This document shows, in pieces, positions 45,600 through 54,610 of a stretch of 59,218 nucleotides of DNA. The notes under the pieces were generated by a model that saw nothing but the letters and a program-made list of their open reading frames with translations, did not search any database and had not been told where the DNA came from. A program made the position numbers and the translations under genes. The DNA is from a virus (Duplodnaviria; Caudoviricetes). The DNA lies in IMG/VR virus record IMGVR_UViG_3300033067_001963, positions 1 to 59,218 of that record. One strand, 5' to 3'. Within the stretch, counting starts at the first letter, position 1. Every line of letters starts with the position of its first letter.

Positions 45600-46922
45600 T
45601 TAGATGATCTGGTATGTGAACGTGAACGACCAGGATCTGTCTGATATATCGGATGTGCGAAATACGAGTTGTGCCGTTGAGGAGTTAGCGTATATCTGAG
45701 CCGATAGACCAGCTACGCTCTGGCACGCTGCAACTCCTGCGCAATCCTCGACTGCCCCAAATGTACTGGATACCGGGAGTGAAATATCTAGTGCTGTCTG
45801 AACCGACGCAGACGTCGGGTCAATATCTACGGCACCGCTGACTGTTACAGTATTGCCGACGCGTAGATACTGGCACTGATACGCCGTGCTGGCCGCGATG
45901 TTCGCCGTGTTCGTCAAGGTAGGCGTGTATGTGCCCGCAGCCAGCTCCACAGCGCCATTTCCGGTGTCGATGGTGGCGCACTTCACACCATCTTTGAACT
46001 CCACGTTCGTGCCGTCGTACCAGACATCACCGGCTGCCGGAGTAGTAGGAGCGACACCAGATGCGAATCTGATAGCCGACTTCGAAGTCGTACCAGCGGC
46101 CACATGAACGAAGGACACCGCTGTTGCGGGAGGATCTATACCCAGACCAACGGGCCCGGCGAAGAAGTTGCGGTTAGCCGATGCAACTTGGTAGACCCCG
46201 TATGGCGTATTCGTGTGCGTACCGGCCGCCGCAGTCTGACTGTATATGTACAAGCCGTAGGCGTTCGTTATGGTTCCGCCCGCTGTGCCGCTGGGCGCAA
46301 CGGCTGCTATAGCAATGGCGTTGGTTACCGTGCCAGACCCAACGAAGTTTGCCCAACTGAATTCGCAGCCCGCTAACGTAGTCACGTTCCCAGATGAGTC
46401 CGCTATGAATTGGGCGCCGCGCTGGGCAATAGCGGTGATCCCCCTTACTAAGGGATGTGTCCCTGTCCCGCGATGGATACCTGCGTAACCTCCGCCCGTG
46501 AGGCCACCTGAGGCTGTGTAGTTGTGGCTATCCGCTGTTGAGGTCGAAGCGGCGGCGTTGAGGCCCAGGATGAACCAGTATGGGGCTGAGGCCGATACCT
46601 CGCTGACTGACTCAGCCAACATCCCAACAAGCACGCCGTTCGCGCTCCTTGTTGTTGTTTTGGCCAAGACATAGGAACCAGTCTCAAAGGTGCTTCCTGT
46701 CGCGAGAGTTACGGTTCCATGCCCGCTGGTCTGCCGGATATCCAAGATAGTCGCTGGGGCACCTGCCGTGCCGATGCCTAATCGGTTGTTCGTATCGTCC
46801 CAGAAGAAGTTGGCGTTGTCCTGGGCCAGTAGGCTGCTAGCTCCTATGAACAGGACAGAGCCAACTGTCCCACTGATAACCGGGTACCCGATAGTAGTCC
46901 GGGCCGGGTTGGTGACCGGCAT
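45600..46922 (-). CDS. Tail fibre/spike-like protein
   Basis: LAQDNANFFWDDTNNRLGIGT; GTYTPTL...Y.RVGNTVTV C-terminal domain. Confidence 0.75.
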   Translation of the reverse strand: MPVTNPARTTIGYPVISGTVGSVLFIGASSLLAQDNANFFWDDTNNRLGIGTAGAPATILDIRQTSGHGTVTLATGSTFETGSYVLAKTTTRSANGVLVGMLAESVSEVSASAPYWFILGLNAAASTSTADSHNYTASGGLTGGGYAGIHRGTGTHPLVRGITAIAQRGAQFIADSSGNVTTLAGCEFSWANFVGSGTVTNAIAIAAVAPSGTAGGTITNAYGLYIYSQTAAAGTHTNTPYGVYQVASANRNFFAGPVGLGIDPPATAVSFVHVAAGTTSKSAIRFASGVAPTTPAAGDVWYDGTNVEFKDGVKCATIDTGNGAVELAAGTYTPTLTNTANIAASTAYQCQYLRVGNTVTVSGAVDIDPTSASVQTALDISLPVSSTFGAVEDCAGVAACQSVAGLSAQIYANSSTAQLVFRTSDISDRSWSFTFTYQII

Positions 46923-48673
46923 TATGTGAACTCCTGAATGGCTAGATTACTGCTTGCCGCACTGGCGATAGCGTTGACAGCCCCAGTACTGAAGTCGAAC
47001 TCCCCCATGCTGTAAACGCCCCCAGGAAGCAAGGTAGGGCCGCTGTTCAGAACTGCCGTCGCACCCGCCATCCCCAAGCTGATGGTGTTGGCGGACGTAT
47101 TCACCAAGATCAACCCCTTGCGGCTAGAGTTAGCTGCCACAGCCGCCCCACTCGCTGCGCCAACCGTCACGAACGTCGGGCTTGAGGCAGTGAGTGGGGC
47201 CTTGCTATCCACCAAGAGGCGACGAGCTGAACTGATACGGACTACCGCGAATTGGTTCTCCGTGACGGAGGAAGTAGCCGTGTCATCAAATTGACCGATT
47301 ATCCCAGAGGCGAATATCCCTGTCCCGGTGCTATTTAGACCGTCAACGACCCTACGGCCACGATCCCAAGCCGACGCCCCGTCATAGAGATAGTTGGCCC
47401 CCAGAACTCCAGGGGAGGAAGAGATGACCAATCCGTCGGCTGAGGTCGATTGCGCGTTTGCCAACTCCGTGTCGACGGTGCCCGATACCGCTACGGATCC
47501 GCTCACGGGTTGAGTGACGCCGGAACCATCTACGAGAAGGCGGCGAGCGGAGCTGATGCGGACTACGCCGAATTGATCCTCAGAGAGGGTGCCCGTGGCC
47601 GTGTCGTCCAGCTGGCCAATCAAGCCGGCCCCAAGAAGGCCAGAGTTGGTGATCGCCGTGTCCGCCTGCCGCAAGCGATTCCACTGTGTTCCGCCGTCGT
47701 AGGCGTAGCCGTAAGCGATCACGCTGGGGGAAGCAGAGGGGGTGATCCCGCCCACGACGCCCTGGGGGGTGGGGAGCTCGGTGTCCACGGATCCCGTCAG
47801 CGAGACGGTGCCGTCCACGGTGAGGGAACCACCGGCGTCGCTGATGGGCAGGGGGGTCGCGGCAGACACTGGGCGGAGGGTGTCCCCTGTGTCCTCCCAG
47901 AGAAAAGCTGTCCCCGTGATCGTGGAGTCGGTGCCCCCCTCCGTGTACTGGACACCGCCGCCCACGGCGTCGATGTAAGCACCGCTCGAGGAGACCAGCT
48001 GCACATAGGCCGCGCCGTAGTTGGTGCCCCGCTGGGCAACGTTGTCCCCGTCCGTGCTGGTGATCGTGGCGGGTGTGTCCTTGCGGACTAGGATGGGCAC
48101 ACGGCCAACGGGATCGGCGGCAGCGGCGGCGTCCTCCGTGTACTCCGTGCCTCCACCGAAGGTCGTGACTTGGTTCCCGGAGGCATCCACCACGGAGACG
48201 TTCAGGGAGTCGCTGGAGCCCGTGTCCCGCACGGTGGCTTGTCGGGTACCGTCCCCGATCTGCACGTTGACTGGAGTGCCCGCTGGGGCGTCTACAGTGA
48301 GGCTGGCGCCGTTGTCGTCGACGCTGACCAGGCCCGTGGAGTCGTTGGCTAGGGTGACGCGGAGGGCGGTGGCTTCCGTGCCCCCTCCAGCCGTACTAAG
48401 TGGGGCCGGAACGGTCAGGATGTCCACGTCGCCGATGTTGTTGGTGCCCGCCGTGAGGGTGAGCATGCCGCTGGAGACGATGACGTCGTTGTTAGCTCCC
48501 AGGTTGACCAGGAGCCCGTCCGAGTCCGCCTGCAGGTGCGTGTCGGAGCCGTCAGCGCTGACGGTCAGCTTGACCCGCTGGATGTGCCCGCTGGCCGCCT
48601 CGTCCGTGCTGACGACGGTGCCATCGGGCGGGGTGGAATTGGCCCCACTCGTGATCGTTACGTTGTCAGCCAT
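46922..48673 (-). CDS. Fibre-like virion protein with internal repeats
   Basis: T/S/G/D/V-rich; ~100-aa tandem duplication; C-terminal AANSSRKGLILVN domain. Confidence 0.7.
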   Translation of the reverse strand: MADNVTITSGANSTPPDGTVVSTDEAASGHIQRVKLTVSADGSDTHLQADSDGLLVNLGANNDVIVSSGMLTLTAGTNNIGDVDILTVPAPLSTAGGGTEATALRVTLANDSTGLVSVDDNGASLTVDAPAGTPVNVQIGDGTRQATVRDTGSSDSLNVSVVDASGNQVTTFGGGTEYTEDAAAAADPVGRVPILVRKDTPATITSTDGDNVAQRGTNYGAAYVQLVSSSGAYIDAVGGGVQYTEGGTDSTITGTAFLWEDTGDTLRPVSAATPLPISDAGGSLTVDGTVSLTGSVDTELPTPQGVVGGITPSASPSVIAYGYAYDGGTQWNRLRQADTAITNSGLLGAGLIGQLDDTATGTLSEDQFGVVRISSARRLLVDGSGVTQPVSGSVAVSGTVDTELANAQSTSADGLVISSSPGVLGANYLYDGASAWDRGRRVVDGLNSTGTGIFASGIIGQFDDTATSSVTENQFAVVRISSARRLLVDSKAPLTASSPTFVTVGAASGAAVAANSSRKGLILVNTSANTISLGMAGATAVLNSGPTLLPGGVYSMGEFDFSTGAVNAIASAASSNLAIQEFT

Positions 48674-48704
48674 CTAGAAGCTCCTCGGCCGTCATGTGCA
48701 TAAC

Positions 48705-50642
48705 CTACCATCCTCGGATGAAGGTGCGCGAGGTCCAGCGGGGCGTGCACACGTGCGCCATCCACTTGCCCCGCACGTACAGGTAGTGGCAGCGGCGGCA
48801 CAGTGTCAGCGTGCCGGTCTCATCCTCGGCGCACACCTCGGGGATGGCCAGGAGGGTGCTCGTGGGCGTCAGGTAGGTGACGGGGGGCTCCGGTGTGGGC
48901 AGCGAGGGGATCTGGCTGGTGATGGCCCAGGTGACGTCATCGAAACCGATGATATCGTTGGATCCATCGTTGGTCGTCCCGTCCGCCAAGGACATGAGCA
49001 GATTCGCGGTACTGATTGTCTTTCCGTTCTTGAGGATCACCCCGTAGTAGGCAACAGCACCGGCTGCTGGCATGGCCCCACCATATGTCATGAATCCCGG
49101 CAATCCGATAGTGAGAGTAGTCGCATCCGAAAAGGTTAGAGCGTAATTGACTCTAGTAAATTGAGTCACGCTTGATCCGTCTGTCCCCGCAAAATCAGCC
49201 GGGTCTATGAAGTAGGCCCCTAGGGCGGATGGGCCGGGGTGGAACTTGATCGTTGGGCCACTGGTCAGGAACTCAGCGTAGTAATCACCGTTGACCGGGT
49301 AACGACCTCTTCCATTTGTCCCAATGGGGATGTAGTTCACGAAGCTCGTGGAGCCCCCAGAGATGTACATCACGGCCCCGTTGGCACCGTAGAAGCCCAC
49401 ACGGTGGATCTGGAGTTGCGTGGGCGTGAAGGTGAGGCTAGAGAAGGTGGTGAGGATGCGCACTGTGAGCTGCGTGGTGCTGTCCCTGGTGATCACGCTG
49501 GCCAAGCCGGAGCCGCTGGCCTCCTTGATGACGCTGCCGGGGAAGACGCCGCTGGAGGTGGCCAGGAATTCGCCCGCTGTGCTGGTCAGGATGACGCTGG
49601 CCCCCGAGGTAGCGCCCAGGGTGATGGTGCCACTGTTCGTGGGGATGGGGAAGCTGATGCCGGCGTCGTCCACGAAGTTCTCAAAGGTGCCCACGTCCGG
49701 GCTCGTGATGAGCGCGAGGAAAGCGGCCTTGGCGCTGTCTGCGTTGGGGTGACTGGGGACCCGGTCATCCTCGGGGGTCAAAGTCTGTCTCTGTGGATCA
49801 CAGCCCCAGTAGAGGTCGTACTCGGCGGTGCTGACGGTGCCCGTGAGGGCGCTGCTCAGGAACTGGTATGGGCTGGCGAGCAGACTCGTGATGTCACCGG
49901 TAGAGAGAGCCCGTGCCCACGTGTAGATCAGGGAGACGTCGAGGTCCGCGGCGTCAGCGGACAGGCCGGTCTTGCTGCCCACGTAGAGGACCCGGAAGCC
50001 GGGGTCGGGGTTGTAGATGACTGAGGCTGGAGGGGTCCCAGCCAGAGACACACTGGCCTGAACCCCGTTGATGTATATCTTCAGGCGGTCGCTGGCTGTG
50101 AGGGTGCCGTCGTAGACGCCGATCAGCCAGAACTTGGTGCCCACGGTGTAGGCGGCGCTCGTCGTGGTGACGTACGCCTGCGTAGTGCCCGTGTCCCACT
50201 GGAAAGTGATCGTGCGGGCGCTGTGATCGGCGATGAAGAAGCCCTTGTTCTTGTAGGGCGACTGGCCCCAGTAGAAGATGCCGCTGTTGTTGTGGCTGGT
50301 GCTGCGGACCGTGAGGTGCATGGCGATCGTGTACGCGGAGACAGCGCCCACGATATCGGGGTAGATGACGTTCACCAGATACTTGCTGTAGAGAACGCCG
50401 GCATCCGTGGTGACCGAGAACCAGCCGTTCGTGGTGTCGTTGGTGCGAATCACGGGGCCGTCGGCGTCCGTGCTCCAGCCGGCGCTGGCTTCGGGGACCA
50501 GGCTGGCAGTGAGAGGGCTGGCCCAGTTCTGTACGTAGGCCGTGCCGCTGCCCTCCCACAGCGTCCAGATGGCGTCCAGCTTGTACGCCAGCGAGAGGCC
50601 CGCGGCGTTGTTGAACAGGTGCGGCGCTGTGGGCTTGGGCAT
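48705..50642 (-). CDS. LamG/concanavalin-like domain virion protein
   Basis: FWLIGVYDG...LKIYINGV...LYVG...WARALS..DI. Confidence 0.75.
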   Translation of the reverse strand: MPKPTAPHLFNNAAGLSLAYKLDAIWTLWEGSGTAYVQNWASPLTASLVPEASAGWSTDADGPVIRTNDTTNGWFSVTTDAGVLYSKYLVNVIYPDIVGAVSAYTIAMHLTVRSTSHNNSGIFYWGQSPYKNKGFFIADHSARTITFQWDTGTTQAYVTTTSAAYTVGTKFWLIGVYDGTLTASDRLKIYINGVQASVSLAGTPPASVIYNPDPGFRVLYVGSKTGLSADAADLDVSLIYTWARALSTGDITSLLASPYQFLSSALTGTVSTAEYDLYWGCDPQRQTLTPEDDRVPSHPNADSAKAAFLALITSPDVGTFENFVDDAGISFPIPTNSGTITLGATSGASVILTSTAGEFLATSSGVFPGSVIKEASGSGLASVITRDSTTQLTVRILTTFSSLTFTPTQLQIHRVGFYGANGAVMYISGGSTSFVNYIPIGTNGRGRYPVNGDYYAEFLTSGPTIKFHPGPSALGAYFIDPADFAGTDGSSVTQFTRVNYALTFSDATTLTIGLPGFMTYGGAMPAAGAVAYYGVILKNGKTISTANLLMSLADGTTNDGSNDIIGFDDVTWAITSQIPSLPTPEPPVTYLTPTSTLLAIPEVCAEDETGTLTLCRRCHYLYVRGKWMAHVCTPRWTSRTFIRGW

Positions 50643-50773
50643 GGGCCGCTAGAAGGCTCGCACGCGGCGGGGCCTGTGGGGAGGTAGCGGGGGGCGGCGT
50701 TGCGTGGCGCCTTGCTGGCTGTAGGCGCTCACAGAGGCCCTCTGGAGGGGCACGCTCGCCTGCATCGCCTGCA

Positions 50774-52279
50774 TCACCGGGGCGTCTGCCGGAAGCGAGG
50801 CGGGACGGTGTAGCCCCGGGCCCGGCGGAAGGCGCGGGGGCTGTCGCCCAAGCCGAAGTTGAAGCGCCCGCCCGTCGTGCCGCTCACGGGGGCCACGCCG
50901 CCCACGTAGCTGGCGGCGAGGGTGTCGCCCGTGGGCTGCAGGATGCGGCTCAGGTCGGGCGTGAGTAGTTCCAGGCCGGACATGGCGATGCCGGCAGCGT
51001 CCACGAGATCCCACTTGCTGCGGTCGCCCGGCACGCGCACCATGCTCTCGATCAGCTCGTCCACACCGGGCAGACGGCTGAAGACCATGAAGCCCGACTG
51101 CACAAAGCCCGACCAGCCGTTGGCGCGGCGCAGCTTGTCGCCGTCGGGCTTCACCTCCTCGATGGCGATCTGGCTGCCCGCGATGCGGCGGTTCAGCTCT
51201 AGGATCTGCGCTAGGGCCCGCTGATAGGCCACGGTCTCCACGCGGATGCGGCGAACTTTCCACAGGCGGGCCAGCTGGTAGATGTGCGTCATCTGCTCGT
51301 CGACGGACCAGTGGCCGGCACGGGCGTCCAGTACGTAGCGCAGGCCCTTCGCGGGGCCCTGGCGACCTTGCCCGATCACGACGAGGGCGGTCTTGGCGGC
51401 GGTGTCCTTCTTGCTGATCGCGGGATCCACGCCCATCACGATGTCCATGTGCCCGAGGTCGGGCGTGGGGATGTCATCGTGCGGGTACCGGCGGATCCAC
51501 TCCTGCCGGAAGGGCTGCTCCGTGGCGAAGTCGATCCACTCGCCGAACAGGAAGCGACGGGCCATCGGTGTGCTGCTGCCGATGATGCCCTCGATGTCCT
51601 CGTAGTAGTTGGTGACGAGGTTGCGCTGGTTGTCAGCGCGGGTGCCCAGGTACAGGCGGCGCTGGTGCTGGTCCGTGCGCGGCTGCCCGGTGCCCGTGTA
51701 GTCGAAGAACTGCGCTATCCAGTGGCTGGGGCTGGGCGGGTTGCCCGTCATCCACAGCATCTTCATGGGATAGCCCTTCTGGCGGCCCGCGCGCATCACC
51801 AGAGCCTCGAAGACCTCCTTGCTGATGCCGGGGTCGGAGCCCGATTTCAAGTTGGGCCCACCCTGCGGCTCGTCGATGAAGATCCACGCTACTTCCAGCG
51901 ACAGGGCGTTCTTCACGTCGTCGGGCGTGTCGAAGGCGCGGAAGTAGACCTCACTGGGCTGGCCGCTGGTGCGGATGGTGAAAATCTTGTCCGTCTTGTG
52001 GTAGCTGCCCGCTTTCCCATCGGGATACCACTCGAACCACGTGCGCATGGTGGTGTCGGCGAGGTTCCTGTACGTGTCGCGGATGATCAGCCCGCGGCTG
52101 CCGGGCCACTCCTGCGCGTACAAGTACCCCTTGGTGCACCCGATCGTGGTCTTGGCGCAGCCCACGGGGCCGAAGAAGCCAGTGATGAAGCGAGTGTCGC
52201 TCAGGAAGGCGCGCCCCACGTCGCTGACGGTGGGTATCAGGACCTGATTGCCGCCCGCGGGCTCGGCTACGACGCTCAT
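50774..52279 (-). CDS. terL: Terminase large subunit
   Basis: Walker A variant GPVGCAKT, Walker B WIFIDE, motif TGNP, RNase-H MGVDPA...DLVDA. Confidence 0.92.
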   Translation of the reverse strand: MSVVAEPAGGNQVLIPTVSDVGRAFLSDTRFITGFFGPVGCAKTTIGCTKGYLYAQEWPGSRGLIIRDTYRNLADTTMRTWFEWYPDGKAGSYHKTDKIFTIRTSGQPSEVYFRAFDTPDDVKNALSLEVAWIFIDEPQGGPNLKSGSDPGISKEVFEALVMRAGRQKGYPMKMLWMTGNPPSPSHWIAQFFDYTGTGQPRTDQHQRRLYLGTRADNQRNLVTNYYEDIEGIIGSSTPMARRFLFGEWIDFATEQPFRQEWIRRYPHDDIPTPDLGHMDIVMGVDPAISKKDTAAKTALVVIGQGRQGPAKGLRYVLDARAGHWSVDEQMTHIYQLARLWKVRRIRVETVAYQRALAQILELNRRIAGSQIAIEEVKPDGDKLRRANGWSGFVQSGFMVFSRLPGVDELIESMVRVPGDRSKWDLVDAAGIAMSGLELLTPDLSRILQPTGDTLAASYVGGVAPVSGTTGGRFNFGLGDSPRAFRRARGYTVPPRFRQTPR

Positions 52280-52863
52280 TTCGCCCCGTCTTCCCCGGGC
52301 AGCGCGGGCTGCGGCGTGGCAGTGACGTCGATGGCGCCCGCAGCCCCGCGGAACATGCCCGGCTGGTACGTGCCGTTGGCCACAATGACCGTGGTGCCGC
52401 CCCCTTGCCGCTGGCTGCCCTCGAGATTGATCTCCCCGCGCAGCACCGATACCAATTTCAGCGCCGATAGCACCTGCCGGGGGTCCGTCAGCGCCCCCTG
52501 CAGCGCCTCAGCACTCTTCACACGCGTTTCATCGTCCATGGCGAGCTCGACGATGCTCAAAGTGCGGGCTCTCTCCGCGGGCGTCATCTCCAAGAGGCGC
52601 CTGGCAAGGTTCTCGCGCTTCTGCTCGGCCTCCAGCTGCCTCTTCTGGCGCTCCTCGAGGGCCCGCAGCCTGATCTGCGCCACCAGCAGCTTGTTCTTGG
52701 CCCTCGCGGCGTACGTTTCCTGCTTGGTGACGGCGTCCACACCCCCGATGGCGGCCAAATCCGCCTCCAACTCGGGCGTCATGCCCTCTTGCAGGCCCAG
52801 CGGAAGCTTCCGCGGCGGCGGCGGCACCGGTGGGCGCTTGTCCGTGGGCATGTCCCAGGGCAT
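52276..52863 (-). CDS. Putative terminase small subunit
   Basis: Helical protein overlapping the terL start, with a beta-strand C-terminal segment; called from position only. Confidence 0.5.
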   Translation of the reverse strand: MPWDMPTDKRPPVPPPPRKLPLGLQEGMTPELEADLAAIGGVDAVTKQETYAARAKNKLLVAQIRLRALEERQKRQLEAEQKRENLARRLLEMTPAERARTLSIVELAMDDETRVKSAEALQGALTDPRQVLSALKLVSVLRGEINLEGSQRQGGGTTVIVANGTYQPGMFRGAAGAIDVTATPQPALPGEDGAK

Positions 52864-52965
52864 TTCAGGGCTCCCGCAGCCGGCCTACGAGCGGCGCAAG
52901 CACGGGGGCCGCTACTTGCACCCTCCCTGTGCCCCCAGCGCCCCTCTCTGCGGGCAAAATCAGCC

Positions 52966-53505
52966 TCACGGGGCCTGCGGCGAGCGACGCCGGCGCACGC
53001 GCGTGCCCAAGCGGACGTCCACGGGCCGGTGCACGGCGTCAAAGTGCGCCCGCCAGCGGGCCAGGTACGTGCAATTCGGGGGGCACAAGCGCCCATGCTC
53101 GGCGCAGGCGTACTCGCGCGGGCGCTCCAACCCCTTGCAGCCCTCACAGCGCGACTGCGACCACGGCACCGCAGCACCGCACAGCAGGCACGGCCGGCTC
53201 ACATCCACGGTGCCCAGCCTGGCCAGCGCCCGCCGATGCAGACTCCACACCGTCTTCGCCGTCACCCCCAGCGCCCGCTGCACCTCCACGGGGGCAAAAC
53301 CCGCCGCCCGCATGCTCAGGACGAAGAATTGGCGCGGGGGCAACGTGCGCAGCCGTAGCAGATCCGGATCCGCGCCCTCCACGGCCTCCACAGCCGACAC
53401 ATCCCGGAACGTCCGTGAGCCTGTCACGCTCGCTAGCACCCCCTTGTCGTGCAACTTAGCACATCCACTGGCTTCGCTGGCGGAGGGCCCAAGCAGCCAG
53501 TACAT
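52966..53505 (-). CDS. Sigma-region-4/LuxR-like HTH protein with a Cys-rich C-terminus
   Basis: TLPPRQFFVLSMRAAGFAPVEVQRALGVTAKTVWSLHRRALARL; CLLC, CEGC, CAEH..CPPNC. Confidence 0.65.
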   Translation of the reverse strand: MYWLLGPSASEASGCAKLHDKGVLASVTGSRTFRDVSAVEAVEGADPDLLRLRTLPPRQFFVLSMRAAGFAPVEVQRALGVTAKTVWSLHRRALARLGTVDVSRPCLLCGAAVPWSQSRCEGCKGLERPREYACAEHGRLCPPNCTYLARWRAHFDAVHRPVDVRLGTRVRRRRSPQAP

Positions 53506-53686
53506 GTACTAGCCACCCCTGGCATCGTGCCAAGTTGGCATACCTGGAAAGTGAAAAAGGGGATTTGCTGTGGGAAGGCAAACAGACACATACATGCAGA
53601 AGGGCGGGCCGGTTCCTGTCGCTAGCCACGGGCCACGGGTGCCGCCTGGCCGCCGCCACGGGCCTCGAGCACGTCCCGCGCACCCA

Positions 53687-53702
53687 TGCACGTAGCCTGC
53701 CA
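53687..53702 (-). promoter_or_regulatory. Sigma54-like -24/-12 motif facing the late arm
   Basis: Minus strand reads TGGCAGGCTACGTGCA (GG-N10-GC). Confidence 0.4.
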
Positions 53703-54558
53703 GACTAGGCAAGCGCATGATTCCGCGTATTTAGCAAGCGCAGCCTTCGCTGACATACCTAAAGTGTAAAATCCACGGACAGTGCAAGCTGAGCCTGCGA
53801 GGGGCCCAAAGGGGCTAAATGGGGCTAAGTGTGCGTCAACGCTCACTAGTAGCACTGTAAAGCCAACTGACACTCTCCCGATGGCTCTTTCACGCGCCCC
53901 CACATTTCCGCGAGAACGCGTGTCCAAACTTTCCGCCAGCAATATCGCACACTTCCGACCGGTTCCACCACGTTGGCGACGCTGTCTATATAGACGATCG
54001 TGCACAAGTGCACTCACACCCCCCCCTAGGGGTGACCCGTCACCCCCCCCCGGTTTGCTGGGGAGTAAGTCTGGCCGGGGTGTTGGGGCCTGGCCAGCAC
54101 TGCCCTTTGCGTGTGCTCAGCGGTGCATAGCGATACACGGCGCCCGCACCGCCTACTTGGGGCGAAACGGGCCATGTTTCAAAGTGAAACACATCCATAT
54201 TTGAGTGTATTTGGCTCACATCCTCCCCTGTAAAAGCCAGAACGCGATGCATGCGTACGGCGCATGCTCTATAGACAGCGTCGCCAGTATGCCGTTTTGT
54301 AGCGTAAGCGCGTGGAAACGTGGGCGGAAAGTCCGGACAGCGTGCGCGGTTGAATGTGTCGCATGCGGTTACAAGTGGGCCCTTTCGTTGTCGATTTCCT
54401 TTACAGTGCAACTTGTCAAGGATATCGCGGGGTTAGCGCTGGAATGGGCTTGGGGAGCCATTTGGGACGGGCCGATGGGTGTAGGAAGGCTTTACACCTT
54501 GCGGGTGGCTGGGAAGTGGATGCGGCGTAAGGTGCTGATATTGCTAGCTAGTAAAGGT

Positions 54559-54574
54559 TGGCAGGTTGGCTGCA
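54559..54574 (+). promoter_or_regulatory. Sigma54-like -24/-12 motif facing the early arm
   Basis: TGGCAGGTTGGCTGCA (GG-N10-GC), ending 36 nt before the RBS-preceded ATG at 54611. Confidence 0.45.
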
Positions 54575-54610
54575 ATAGGGATTGGCATGCAGCGCAAACG
54601 GGAGGAAGAG

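Larger units (their letters stand above)
53687..54574. repeat. ~890-bp segmented inverted repeat with axis at 54130/54131
   Basis: Mirror pairs 53974-53990/54270-54286 (17/17), 53921-53937/54323-54339 (15/17), 53845-53862/54399-54416 (16/18), 53761-53770/54491-54500 (9/10) and 53687-53702/54559-54574. Confidence 0.85.

Noticed and set aside
51284-53512. 742-aa + strand ORF and other long antisense ORFs (e.g. 28903-30318, 32652-33893, 17417-18784)
   Set aside because: Shadow frames of real genes in GC-rich DNA, with no motifs
54100-54160. N15-type telomere site (telRL)
   Set aside because: The centre is not a long perfect palindrome and no protelomerase was recognised
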